64,000 bases of DNA from an uncultured virus (IMG/VR IMGVR_UViG_2585428069_000013) (taxonomy: Duplodnaviria; Heunggongvirae; Uroviricota; Caudoviricetes), in the IMG/VR virus record IMGVR_UViG_2585428069_000013. One strand, written 5' to 3'. The position numbers were made by a program, and so were the translations under genes. Shown piece by piece: positions 39,113 to 48,878 of the stretch. The stretch's first letter is position 1. The number at the start of each line of letters is the position of its first letter. A model generated the notes under the pieces. It searched no databases and was not told where the DNA came from. It saw only the letters and a program-made list of their open reading frames with translations.

Positions 39113-41053
39113 TTAATCTTTTTTATAAAACTGACACTCATAGCCATCGGCACTAAGTAACAGCCCTTTTGCCCAGGTTGGTGTTCTAGCCATCTGTTCA
39201 CAGACTGCAGAAAGCGACATCCTCATATCGGTCTCGATGATAATTTCATCGTGTACATGAGCTACAATGAAACAATTCTTTAAAGTCTGCATGGCATAAC
39301 ATAAAATGTCACGGCTGATTGCCTGAACAATATTCTCTACAAACTTGGGACCATAGCTTTCGATTCTTTCCCATTTCTTCATACCGCCGACACCCTCGTA
39401 AGTAACCGACTCACCGCCGAAAATATTCTCTCCCATACGAGGTTTCACATAGGAAAGCTGTCTACCGGAAAGAAGGGTAATAAAGAGCATTCCACTTTGA
39501 TAGGTGAATTTAATACCGTGTGTTTCTGTAGGAGTTTTTTGCTTAACACAGGTTTTTACGGCACGGTCGACATCCCACCAGAGTTCTGTGATATTGGGAT
39601 TGGTCTGTCTCCAAGCCGTTACAAGAGGCTGAAGTTCATCTTCTTCAATTCCCATCTCCAAAGCACCCATTGATTTTAATGCTCCAACAGATCCACCGTA
39701 GCCAAGGGCAAGTTCTGAAATTTTTCCTTTCTGACGGAGATGCCCGTTCACGCCGTGTTTTTCTACGGGTACATGGAACATCTGGGAAGCACTGGCACAG
39801 TAAATGTCACCGCCGTTTTGGAATACTTCCATTCTCCATTTTTCGCCTGCAAGCCAAGCAATGACACGAGCCTCAATTGCCGAAAAGTCCGCAACAATAA
39901 ACTTCTTACCATCACGGGGAATAAAGGCAGTACGGATAAGTTCCGATAGCACCTCTGGTATAGAATCATATAGGAATGTAAGTGCATCAAAGTTTCCGCT
40001 TCGAACTAAGTCACGAGCCTGTTCTAAATCAGGCATATGGTTTTGAGGGAGATTTTGTAATTGAATCAGTCTGCCGGAAAATCTGCCTGTTCTATTAGCT
40101 CCGTAAAATTGAAACATTCCTCTGGCACGACCGTCATGACATACCGCATTCTCCATCGCTGTATATTTTTTGACCGAGGACTTGGCAAGCTGCTGACGAA
40201 GTTCCAACACTTCACTTAGCGGTTCGGGAGCTGTCTTTAACATTTCGACAACCGCTTTTTTCCCAAGGGTATCTGTTTCCATCCCGTTATCAGCAAGCCA
40301 ACCTTTCATCTGCTGCACCGAATTTGGATTCTCTAGATTGGTCATATCTTGCATAAGAGCAGTCAGCTTTTCACGAGAATTTTCATCGATTGCAACAGCT
40401 TGTTTCACAAATGTCATATCAATGGAAATACCACGGTCATTGATTTCTTGGTCGAGACGATACTCCTCCCAGACATTCTCCGGCATAGGGAATTTACTCA
40501 GTCTCTGCTTTATCGCCATCTCGGTTTCCACATCGCGGAGGTTATATGCTTTGAAACACTCCCATTTATCCGTATCGTGTTCTGGCAGATTACGATTACG
40601 ACCTCCGTTTGATTTCGTAGGAGAACAAGGTGTACAGAAATATCTGATGAGATCTTTGCCTCCCGTTAGCTTTTGTTTTTCCAATCCTAAAACAGTACCG
40701 ACTCCCTCAAGGGAAAGAGGAAGTCCCATATATGCCGACCATATCATGGAACATTTCCAAGATGCGGGGTCAAGATATTCTCCAAGAGGAAGGTTAAGCC
40801 ATTTTGATAAACAAACACGTTCAAACATTGCATTGAAGGCCCATTTGGTAACAGAATCGTCTATAAGAGCATCGATAATTTCATCAGGGACTTCCTCGCC
40901 ACAGGCAAGGTCAACCACCTGCGCTTCGCCACCATCTACCGAATAGCCAAATAATGAAATTTCAAAATCACGGCTTTCAGCATAACGGTAAACCCCAGAC
41001 TTCTGAAGATTTTCACTTGAAAATGTTTCTATATCAATAGAAATAGATTTCAT
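39113..41053 (-). CDS. Family A DNA polymerase (phage)
   Basis: DIET exonuclease motif, RTGRFSG, ADFSAIEAR, K..EL.LGYG, HVHDE. Confidence 0.93.
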   Translation of the reverse strand: MKSISIDIETFSSENLQKSGVYRYAESRDFEISLFGYSVDGGEAQVVDLACGEEVPDEIIDALIDDSVTKWAFNAMFERVCLSKWLNLPLGEYLDPASWKCSMIWSAYMGLPLSLEGVGTVLGLEKQKLTGGKDLIRYFCTPCSPTKSNGGRNRNLPEHDTDKWECFKAYNLRDVETEMAIKQRLSKFPMPENVWEEYRLDQEINDRGISIDMTFVKQAVAIDENSREKLTALMQDMTNLENPNSVQQMKGWLADNGMETDTLGKKAVVEMLKTAPEPLSEVLELRQQLAKSSVKKYTAMENAVCHDGRARGMFQFYGANRTGRFSGRLIQLQNLPQNHMPDLEQARDLVRSGNFDALTFLYDSIPEVLSELIRTAFIPRDGKKFIVADFSAIEARVIAWLAGEKWRMEVFQNGGDIYCASASQMFHVPVEKHGVNGHLRQKGKISELALGYGGSVGALKSMGALEMGIEEDELQPLVTAWRQTNPNITELWWDVDRAVKTCVKQKTPTETHGIKFTYQSGMLFITLLSGRQLSYVKPRMGENIFGGESVTYEGVGGMKKWERIESYGPKFVENIVQAISRDILCYAMQTLKNCFIVAHVHDEIIIETDMRMSLSAVCEQMARTPTWAKGLLLSADGYECQFYKKD

Positions 41054-41135
41054 TTATTAAATACCATCCTTTCCAATGCAAACAAGGTGGCAGAGGAACA
41101 TCCTCCGCCACCTCGCCCGATTAGTTATTCTACTG

Positions 41136-41735
41136 CTATGCCAAGAAATCATCATCTGCAACAGTGTTGAAATCATCTACAGCATTGGTTCTGTTACCCA
41201 AAGACTCGCCATCCTTAATCTTCTGTATATTGCCGAGTCCGCAGGCTACACCCTTGTTGCCATTAGAGTTAAAAGCATAGAAATTTAAGGATACTCTTGC
41301 ATAGCAACCGCTGTATACCTCGTTACGGTCAAGGATAGGTCTGACTGCTTTGTCTACAATCTGAGGTGCAGTATTGCTGTTGGCATTTACAAAATAATGC
41401 CCCTTGTAAGCCTCATCGTCACGTTCTACATCACCATCACGAAGTGGAATCTTGATGGAAGCCTTATTCGGTTTCTTACCGCCAAACTTTGCAATACCTT
41501 CTTCGATAGCTGCATCTATTGCAACGTTGATTGCATTAATGGTTTCCTTATCTGTCTTGGGAATCAACACCGATACGCTGTACTTTTCCGCTCCACCATT
41601 GATGGATACTGGTTCCCAACCGTGGAAGTAACTGAGACGGGTGTTTACGCTTGTAATTACCTTAGTGCTATTCTGATTATTCATAATCTTTTTCCTCCAA
41701 TATTTCGTTAAATTCGTTATATACGTTTGATACAT
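41136..41735 (-). CDS. DUF2815 / gp2.5-like single-strand DNA-binding protein
   Basis: RLSY, KYS...LIPK, PLRDGD, YSGCY, GNKGVACGL.NIQK..DGE, acidic C-terminus. Confidence 0.85.
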   Translation of the reverse strand: MYQTYITNLTKYWRKKIMNNQNSTKVITSVNTRLSYFHGWEPVSINGGAEKYSVSVLIPKTDKETINAINVAIDAAIEEGIAKFGGKKPNKASIKIPLRDGDVERDDEAYKGHYFVNANSNTAPQIVDKAVRPILDRNEVYSGCYARVSLNFYAFNSNGNKGVACGLGNIQKIKDGESLGNRTNAVDDFNTVADDDFLA

Positions 41736-42843
41736 TCATAGCCAGACGCTTATCCGATGTTGGAACCAGAGTCGGCTTGCCCGACGGTTTATAAATGAGG
41801 CCACCGAGAATTTCCTGGAATTTTGTCTTGCCCATCAGCTTCTGCATTTCCGTGAGGGTAATGAGGCTCTGACGGAAGATATCCTTGTAGCCATTTGCCT
41901 TGGCTGCTTCTGCAACAGCATCTTCATCCTTATATTTGCGGACAGATCGGCCCTCGACTACCTTAAACCCGTGCCACTCCTTACCATGATTGATAGTGGC
42001 ATCCGTGGCATAAGCTATGATTTCATTTGCCCACTTTGTAAGGTCAGATAGTTTGGACAGAACTCCCTCAATTTCGTAGTCCGTAAGTAGTGGTGGCATC
42101 TTAAACTCTGACTCTGCCAGTTTCAGCTTTTCTTCCGCCCTTGCACGGCATTTTACCGCTGCTCGGCAGAAGGTACACCACTCTCCAGGGAGATATTCAC
42201 CATCACCGTCATATGCTTTCTGCGCCTTCGGTTTCAGCTCGTTTTCTGCCCAATCATTTAATTCATCTACCGAGATAGTCCACGTACTGACATTCTCCCT
42301 GCGTGGTTGGAAGATGGTCATGGAAACCTCCTCGATGTCATACAGACTATCGTAGATTTCCAAAGCACCAAGGGAATATAATTTCATCTGCGGATTTTCC
42401 ACCACATCCACTAACACACCCATTCCATACTTGAAATCGATGATATGAAGTTTTTTATCCGCAATGATGATGCAGTCACCGGTTCCAAAGCCCTGTGGTA
42501 CATAGCAGGAAAAATCTAGGCGCTGTTCGATAAGTACCAATGGGTCCTTACAGCTTTGCTTTGCCGCTTCAAGCTGCTCCATTATGAATTGAACATAAGC
42601 ATCGCTGTGTTCTTCCATCTCATCGGTGTTATAATCCGAAACAGGACGCTTGCTCCTCATGTGAAGTGCTTTGCGAAGTTTATGCTCACAAAGAGCATGG
42701 GCGGCAGTGCCTTCGGCTGCTGCATTGGATTCCTTATTTTCAAACTCCAGTTCCAATCGTGCAGATGGAAGACAGTGCAACCACCTATGCGACCCGGATG
42801 CAGAAAGCACTGCGTGATTACTCATTGCTAAGTACCTCCGCAT
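41677..42843 (-). CDS. DUF2800 Cas4-like PD-(D/E)XK nuclease
   Basis: HA.LSAS...RW..C, GT.AH, FGTGD, IIDFKYG, WC.FC. Confidence 0.85.
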   Translation of the reverse strand: MRRYLAMSNHAVLSASGSHRWLHCLPSARLELEFENKESNAAAEGTAAHALCEHKLRKALHMRSKRPVSDYNTDEMEEHSDAYVQFIMEQLEAAKQSCKDPLVLIEQRLDFSCYVPQGFGTGDCIIIADKKLHIIDFKYGMGVLVDVVENPQMKLYSLGALEIYDSLYDIEEVSMTIFQPRRENVSTWTISVDELNDWAENELKPKAQKAYDGDGEYLPGEWCTFCRAAVKCRARAEEKLKLAESEFKMPPLLTDYEIEGVLSKLSDLTKWANEIIAYATDATINHGKEWHGFKVVEGRSVRKYKDEDAVAEAAKANGYKDIFRQSLITLTEMQKLMGKTKFQEILGGLIYKPSGKPTLVPTSDKRLAMNVSNVYNEFNEILEEKDYE

Positions 42844-43222
42844 CTTTCAAGATGTCTACGTAATTCTCCGGGGCAATTTCGCTCAGTTTAGAACCACCGT
42901 ATTTTTTGATGATTTCTCTCACTTCAGCGGTAAGTCCGGCTTGACTCTTTTCTGCAAGTTTTGCTCTTACTTCCTCCAGAGTGATTTCCTTCATCTTGGG
43001 TTTTTCTGATTTCTTCGGCACCGGCTCTTTTTTAGCTGTGGTTGGTACTGCTGTTTCGGTAGGTTCATTTTCCATCATCACATCTGCAACCGCCTGCAAG
43101 CTGTCTGCCAAAGAACGAATATCAGAAACCACATCAAGGAGCAACTTGATTTTACTCATGGCTTTTTCCTCCTTCCTGAGTCTCGCAGATGGCAAGTTCC
43201 TGTACGGTATCACCTGGAACAA
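42818..43222 (-). CDS. Conserved phage protein (often labelled rrp5-like)
   Basis: TLEEVRAKLA.KS..G.T..V..II.KYG..KLS. Confidence 0.7.
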   Translation of the reverse strand: MFQVIPYRNLPSARLRKEEKAMSKIKLLLDVVSDIRSLADSLQAVADVMMENEPTETAVPTTAKKEPVPKKSEKPKMKEITLEEVRAKLAEKSQAGLTAEVREIIKKYGGSKLSEIAPENYVDILKDAEVLSNE

Positions 43223-43361
43223 GGATGGTCAGTTTCTGAATATCCCCAAGGAAGAAACGAAGGAAACGCTCCCTTATGGTGACATTGCGACAGGATACAA
43301 TCCCGCCAGACTGCGGATGTTTTGAAACACTGATTCGCAAATTATGTTTCATGTTGTTCAC
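43152..43361 (-). CDS. Small conserved phage protein
   Basis: KH.L.ISVSK, LT.LVPGD.V; co-oriented. Confidence 0.6.
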   Translation of the reverse strand: MNNMKHNLRISVSKHPQSGGIVSCRNVTIRERFLRFFLGDIQKLTILVPGDTVQELAICETQEGGKSHE

Positions 43362-43391
43362 CTCTTTCTGAGAGCGTTTATTTGCTGCCCT

Positions 43392-43427
43392 CTACCTTTT
43401 AGCCTTGGGAAGAGGGGAAAGTTGAGG
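43392..43427 (-). promoter_or_regulatory. Bipartite motif class B, copy 3
   Basis: CCTCAACTTTCCCCTCTTCCCAAGGCTAAAAGGTAG overlapping the sigma gene stop codon. Confidence 0.7.
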
Positions 43428-43932
43428 ATTTCGGAAAAACTTTTTTGAAATTCTTAATTGCTGTTTCCATACGGTGTGAAATGGCACTGACTGAGACACC
43501 TTCACGCTTTGCATAATCTGTTACAGAAACTCCATCCATGACGATAGCTATCAGTAGCTCTGCCTGTTTTTCCTTGAGAGCCTTACGAATAATTTCACAG
43601 ACATATTCATACTCTGCCTGTTTCTCCCAGGTCTCTTCATCTGAGTTGTCAGGAAAAGAATCCATTGCATCGGATTTATCCTCAGCCTCATCGTCTTTGC
43701 GGAACTTTTTCTTTGGTTCACCGTAGTGGCGGTTGAATTTATGCCAGTTGTTGTACTCAGGTTTGTTGAAACGCTCCTCCATAATCTCTTGCACAGAACG
43801 GCGAGCCACAGTTTCCTTGTCTTCGGCAGATGAGAGGCGCTCTTCATAATCTGAGTCAATCATTACGGTGCAGTCCTTGTCCGGTACCTCCAGATAGGTG
43901 GGTTTGTTGTCGTACAGAATTCTAATCCTCAT
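43399..43932 (-). CDS. Sigma-70 region 4 / ECF-like factor
   Basis: L.EKQ.ELL.A...DG.S..DYA...GVS.SAISHR; start at ATG 43932. Confidence 0.78.
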   Translation of the reverse strand: MRIRILYDNKPTYLEVPDKDCTVMIDSDYEERLSSAEDKETVARRSVQEIMEERFNKPEYNNWHKFNRHYGEPKKKFRKDDEAEDKSDAMDSFPDNSDEETWEKQAEYEYVCEIIRKALKEKQAELLIAIVMDGVSVTDYAKREGVSVSAISHRMETAIKNFKKVFPKSSTFPSSQG

Positions 43933-44224
43933 TTTTTGCGTCCTTTCCGCCGGACTGCATTGGCGGCAAAGGATACACACAAAAAGGTCTGTGCTTTGAA
44001 GTACACAGACCCTTTTATCCTGAAAATGAGCGCAACAAGGGAAGGTACTTCTATTGCAACGCCACAGTCCTTGCGGACTTGAGCGAAACAATATGTATCC
44101 TTTGCCTTATTGCAAATCAGGCATTTTGATATTTTTTTATAGACGAGGAGCGGTCGTATTTTCTACTTACAAAGAACTTGTCCTCCGTCTATTTTTATTG
44201 TAAGTTAAAAAAGGACAGCCTGGT

Positions 44225-44383
44225 CGGACACCTCATGTCCGTTATAATTGAGGTTAGAAAGATGCCTTTTTCGTATAAAAACATACAAAACAACAAAAAA
44301 AGAGCCATACACAAACCCCTTAATAGGATTCATGTATGGCTCATATAGATTTTCAGATGCAAAAAGCGGACATCCCGTGTCCG
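44225..44383. promoter_or_regulatory. Two CGGACA-N5-TGTCCG palindromic operators flanking a terminator hairpin
   Basis: 44225-44241 and 44367-44383; GAGCCATAC..GTATGGCTC hairpin at about 44301-44342. Confidence 0.6.
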
Positions 44384-44407
44384 CTTCTCAAAAAGTATTT
44401 TTAATTT

Positions 44408-46276
44408 TTATAATGCCTCTGCACCGTGTTCTTGTAAAAAGGCTCTGATTTCGTCCATCGACTTTGTATAAAGGTGAGTCAATACAAAATTATACCAAAG
44501 ATGACTCTGATTGCTGAAGCTCAATGAGAACGGTGATTTATCAATAATGTGCTTACTGATTTCAGGAGGCAGATGAAGTCCTAGACAAATCAAAATTATG
44601 GAATTAATTGACCCTTGGTTTTCTCCGTTGACAATGCGACTTACCGTTTTTGAACTCAGCATTGTTCTTTTTTCTATTTCTACAAAGGTAACATTCTTCC
44701 AGTTAAATACCATTTGAAGGGACTTTGTAAAACTTGTTGGAAGTTCATTGTAGACTCGCATTTCGTCCGCCAATGTATCAGCCAGTATTTTGGCTTTCCT
44801 TTCTGGAGTTGCATACTCAAAACCATTACAATATTTTATGTCGAAATCAATATCCGATGCCTTGTCACGATTGAGAAAACACTCACTATGGTATCTTTCC
44901 TTGCAACCAGACTTGACCGATAAATCGAAAACCAAACAGCACTCTTCCATATTGTTTCGTGCAAAATTGGTTAATATGGTAACTCCATTCTCATCCTGCG
45001 TTAAATACCTCGGATGATTTAAAACGAAGTGAGAATCAACATATTGATAGCTACCATCTCTTATCAGAGCACTCATTGCAGGGTTGGTTATGCTTTGGAT
45101 CGCAGCATCCTGCGCTCCAATCGAAAATGTCTGATTTCTTTGCAAGGTACCCTTTTTAGATTTATGCGGCTTGACATAGCGACCGTCTATATATGTAAAG
45201 GTTCCGATAGCTTCCTCAAATCCGGCATCAATCATCCGGATTTTTGCTGAGGCACGAGATACAGTAAAGAACGTCGCCAAGGCATCAATAACTGGCTCCA
45301 TTATATCTATAAGTTCAAACGTTCCAAGTTCTGCACGAAACTGCTTGATAAATTCAAACGCTTTGGTCTTGAACGTTGAAAGTGGCATTTGAATCCTTGG
45401 TGCGAGAGCATTTGCCTGCCATTCCATCCAGTCAGTCGCATCCCTGCTATTGTCTTTAATACCGCCGACTACTTGACACTTGATTCGTGTGGCACTACTG
45501 TTATATAGCCGCTCCAGCTCAAATGCTTTTCTGTGTTGATCCCAATGAACGCACTCGTGCACAATGGTATTGTTGACTGAGCCGAGATTACGAAGGAAGT
45601 ATGCTTTTGGGTCCACAAAAATAGTACGTGCATCCACATGGGCCTGGACCATTTCATCGCTGTCTTCATCATAAAATTCAGTATCACAGTCATGAAAATA
45701 TATCTGTCCGAAGACAGAAAAATCCTTAGTTATTTCTCGCATTTGTATTTCGAGACCCATTTTCTCTGCAAGCTTCTGTGGCTCTACTGCCATCGGTGTT
45801 TGCAATGCTTCAGGATAATTCCTTCGAAGGATATCTGTAGCAACAGATTCTAATTGTTCTCTATTAATGATAGGAACCAGAGAGTCTGACATAGGCTTTG
45901 GCTGCCTATTTTTGCTAGTATATTCAGTTACACTGGAGATTGTAAAGTCATCTAAATTGCAATCCAAATTACCGGAACATTTCAGCATAAACCATTGCTT
46001 GCACGTTTCCGATTCATCGTAGTGATAATCCGACTCCCTGGCTTCCAGTTCAGCTTCTACCGCAACATCAAATTCTATTTTCATATCCGGCAAGTCATTA
46101 ATAGATATAAATTTTACATCTATATCTGACAATTCTATGCCACCGATTGTTCGAACTCTGTATAGCCGTAAGTCTAGATTATCGTAGTTATCTGCAGTAT
46201 AGCTTTGTATGGCAGCAAACAACTCATTATAAAATCTATCTGCCACATAATCTTTAAATGAACGATTGCCTGCCAT
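44408..46276 (-). CDS. ImmA/IrrE-family metallopeptidase with C-terminal HTH
   Basis: TIVHECVH (HExxH), MEWQANALA..I.MP, F.VSR..A.IR; C-terminal LSSKTVSRI..G HTH. Confidence 0.85.
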   Translation of the reverse strand: MAGNRSFKDYVADRFYNELFAAIQSYTADNYDNLDLRLYRVRTIGGIELSDIDVKFISINDLPDMKIEFDVAVEAELEARESDYHYDESETCKQWFMLKCSGNLDCNLDDFTISSVTEYTSKNRQPKPMSDSLVPIINREQLESVATDILRRNYPEALQTPMAVEPQKLAEKMGLEIQMREITKDFSVFGQIYFHDCDTEFYDEDSDEMVQAHVDARTIFVDPKAYFLRNLGSVNNTIVHECVHWDQHRKAFELERLYNSSATRIKCQVVGGIKDNSRDATDWMEWQANALAPRIQMPLSTFKTKAFEFIKQFRAELGTFELIDIMEPVIDALATFFTVSRASAKIRMIDAGFEEAIGTFTYIDGRYVKPHKSKKGTLQRNQTFSIGAQDAAIQSITNPAMSALIRDGSYQYVDSHFVLNHPRYLTQDENGVTILTNFARNNMEECCLVFDLSVKSGCKERYHSECFLNRDKASDIDFDIKYCNGFEYATPERKAKILADTLADEMRVYNELPTSFTKSLQMVFNWKNVTFVEIEKRTMLSSKTVSRIVNGENQGSINSIILICLGLHLPPEISKHIIDKSPFSLSFSNQSHLWYNFVLTHLYTKSMDEIRAFLQEHGAEAL

Positions 46277-46441
46277 AATAACCCCTCCAATAAGTAGCGT
46301 AATAAATCATATTATGCTTTTTTAAAGTATCTTGCGTTTTTCATTTAACCCCTTGGATAATATTGTAACATCCAAAGAAAGAACTTTCAATCAATTCAAC
46401 AGAATATTCTTGCTATCGCATGATTTTTCATTCATTAAGCA

Positions 46442-46493
46442 TTGTTTTTTACATTTTGAGATGTTATACTTTAAAAAGTGCACTTTAAAAAGT
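46442..46493 (+). promoter_or_regulatory. Promoter with tandem operator for the HTH-MTase-REase operon
   Basis: TTGTTT-17-TATACT (extended -10) overlapped by ACTTTAAAAAGT-GC-ACTTTAAAAAGT (46468-46493). Confidence 0.55.
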
Positions 46494-46549
46494 GGTCTTT
46501 ATCTAAGCCACTTCACTTGTTTTAATGTAAAAGTTGAGAGGTGAAATCA

Positions 46550-46753
46550 ATGTCCATAAGTTATAAAAAATTATGGAAATTACTTATTGACAAAGATATG
46601 AAAAAGAAGGATTTACAGATTGCCGCTGGAATAAGCTCTTCTTCCATTACTAAAATGTCAAAAAATGAAAATATAAGTACCGAAACGTTAACTAAAGTTT
46701 GCAAGGCACTTGACTGTGATATTTCTGATATTGTTGAAATGATAAAAGACTGA
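46550..46753 (+). CDS. Small Cro/C1 HTH regulator (repressor or R-M controller)
   Basis: SYKKLWKLLID..MKK.DL...AGISS..I.K..KNE.I....L.K.C.AL.C.I.DI. Confidence 0.88.
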   Translation: MSISYKKLWKLLIDKDMKKKDLQIAAGISSSSITKMSKNENISTETLTKVCKALDCDISDIVEMIKD

Positions 46754-46791
46754 TATTGAGCAAATATCTTTAAATACATCGGGGGGTAATA

Positions 46792-47760
46792 ATGAAGATA
46801 AATACATTTTTCGACTTTTGCTCTGGTATAGGAGCCGGAAGGCTAGGCTTAGAGCAGAGTGGATTAAAATGTGTCGGTTATTCCGATACAAGTAGACTAT
46901 CGGTTGAAACATACAAACAGATGTTTAACACTGAAAATGAAAAGAACTTTGGGAATTTAAAAAAAATTAAATGTGAAGCCCTGCCATCATTTGATCTTTT
47001 AATTGCGGGTTTTCCCTGCCAATCATTCTCTGTCATAGGTAGAAAAGCAGGTTTTGATGATGATAGAGGACAAATAATTTTCCATCTTATAAAAATTCTT
47101 AATGAAACTCGCCCAAAATGCTTCATATTAGAAAACGTACGTGGGCTTGTGAGCCATGATAAAGGTACAACTATAAAAAAAATTATGAGTGAGTATGATG
47201 ATATCGGATACTCAGTTGTTTACAAGGTACTAACCAGCCTTGATTATGGAGTCCCTCAAATGCGGCAACGAGTATATTTCATTGGATTTGATAAGAAATC
47301 CAATCTATCTGCTGATGGCTTCGAGTGGCCAACAGTTGAACCTGTTCTTGATTTAGAAAACTATTTAATTGATTCAAACAATGATATATCAGAGATTAAT
47401 CTTGAAAAATTTACATACTACCTAAAAAATCCAACAAATCAAGGAAAACATGTACCAACCGATTTCCTGGATGAAGAAAAACTTATAATTGACACAAGAA
47501 TGTCCGATTTAAGGTTATACCGTGGAAAGGTGCCAACATTACGCTCGCAGAGAGACGGCATTTTTTACATAAAAAATCATTCAATTAAGGAACTAACAGG
47601 TTTTGAAGCACTACTTTTACAAGGTTTTCCTGTTGAATACGCAGAAAAGGTAAAAGACAGTGTTACAAATAGACACTTACTTATGCAGGCTGGAAATGCG
47701 ATGACAGTTAATGTCATTAAAAAATTAGGTGATTGCATCATCAATCATCTTGAAAAATAG
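46792..47760 (+). CDS. C5 DNA methyltransferase, M.Hpy99III-like (predicted GCGC)
   Basis: DFCSGIG.GRLGLE, GFPCQ, ENV, DTR.SDLRLY....PTLR, LLLQGFP, QAGNAM match the recalled H. pylori GCGC methylase. Confidence 0.85.
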   Translation: MKINTFFDFCSGIGAGRLGLEQSGLKCVGYSDTSRLSVETYKQMFNTENEKNFGNLKKIKCEALPSFDLLIAGFPCQSFSVIGRKAGFDDDRGQIIFHLIKILNETRPKCFILENVRGLVSHDKGTTIKKIMSEYDDIGYSVVYKVLTSLDYGVPQMRQRVYFIGFDKKSNLSADGFEWPTVEPVLDLENYLIDSNNDISEINLEKFTYYLKNPTNQGKHVPTDFLDEEKLIIDTRMSDLRLYRGKVPTLRSQRDGIFYIKNHSIKELTGFEALLLQGFPVEYAEKVKDSVTNRHLLMQAGNAMTVNVIKKLGDCIINHLEK

Positions 47761-47773
47761 GAGGATAATTATT

Positions 47774-48568
47774 ATGTCATCAATATGGGAAGATTTTGAA
47801 ATTGACTGTACCGAATACTTAAATAGAAAATTCGGTGAATATGCAAGCTTTAAACATGAAGGTGGATCTGATTCTACCGTTCCAGACATTAAAGTAAAAA
47901 CTAAATCTGGCAGTACTTTTTACATTGATGCAAAACACTCTCCAGCACAATGCGGTCAGTTTGTTTTGCTTCCGGATATTGCATCCGGCACATTCAATTA
48001 TAGTCAGCAAAATTCCAATCGAATCAATGCTTACGCAGTAAAAATCATGGAACATATGAATGCTCAATTTGACGAGTTTAAAGAGGCTGGAACAGCCGGC
48101 AAAGAAATAATAATGAATAATGGCTCTGACATATTTACAAACTGGATTATTGATACCTATAGAAACAAGGGAACCCGCTATTTTATAACAAATAACTATA
48201 CTATTTTACCTATTGAGAGATTTAGTGAGTACTTCTATGTTACTGCTAAATATAGAATTAAACGCAGCGGATCTAGTGATTGTGGGAAAAGTAATATATC
48301 CAATGTTCTAAGCTACATTAGATCCCATAACTATGTTATTAAAAGTACAAGAGAAGAAGGTGGTAAACTTTTTGTAGCTTCAACTCAATCTCTTCATAAT
48401 CAGCGTTTTATATTACGTGGATATGAGTATATGTTCTCTTTGCGTGATTCCGAATATGAAATTAGAAAGCTTTCTAACACTTTTAATGCAAATGTAATTT
48501 TTTCAATTAATTTAAAAAATACTAAAAAAGGAATAGACTCAAATGAGTTCACACAGGCTTTGAAGTAA
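47774..48568 (+). CDS. Type II restriction endonuclease, R.HhaI-like (predicted GCGC)
   Basis: W..FE..C..YLN, SDST..DI, FYIDAK...QCGQFVL.P, YRIK.SGS, LSNTFNANVIFSI match recalled R.HhaI. Confidence 0.8.
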   Translation: MSSIWEDFEIDCTEYLNRKFGEYASFKHEGGSDSTVPDIKVKTKSGSTFYIDAKHSPAQCGQFVLLPDIASGTFNYSQQNSNRINAYAVKIMEHMNAQFDEFKEAGTAGKEIIMNNGSDIFTNWIIDTYRNKGTRYFITNNYTILPIERFSEYFYVTAKYRIKRSGSSDCGKSNISNVLSYIRSHNYVIKSTREEGGKLFVASTQSLHNQRFILRGYEYMFSLRDSEYEIRKLSNTFNANVIFSINLKNTKKGIDSNEFTQALK

Positions 48569-48878
48569 GCCCTTCCTCAAGGAACTGTTTGTACTTATTT
48601 AGTGCATGCTTAAATGTACTAAACTGGTATTTTCCTATTGGTAAATCAACATTTTTATATTTCTTCATGTTGTCATTTATCCCTTTGTTTTGAAAAAGCG
48701 AAAACAAATATTGATATTTATCACTGCGATATTGCTCATCAATATCGCAGTTTTCTATTGCCCTCTCAAAACGTTTCAATCTTGATACAAAATCACTTTG
48801 TATCTTCTTCGGCACATCATTTTCAGATAGCCATTGTCTGAATTCCATCTCGTTCATTTGCTGCTCCCTCCATGGCAC
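48549..48878 (-). CDS. Hypothetical protein coupled to the methylase
   Basis: F..WL....K..SD.VSRLKR.E; overlaps the MTase end and the REase end. Confidence 0.6.
   Translation of the reverse strand: MPWREQQMNEMEFRQWLSENDVPKKIQSDFVSRLKRFERAIENCDIDEQYRSDKYQYLFSLFQNKGINDNMKKYKNVDLPIGKYQFSTFKHALNKYKQFLEEGLTSKPV

Noticed and set aside
41677..42843. Cas4-like nuclease as evidence of CRISPR
   Set aside because: It lies in the phage replication module (DUF2800); no cas operon or repeat-spacer array was seen anywhere in the window
43933..44091. N-terminal extension of the sigma ORF in the ORF track
   Set aside because: Overlaps hairpin leader; RBS and protein character support ATG 43932
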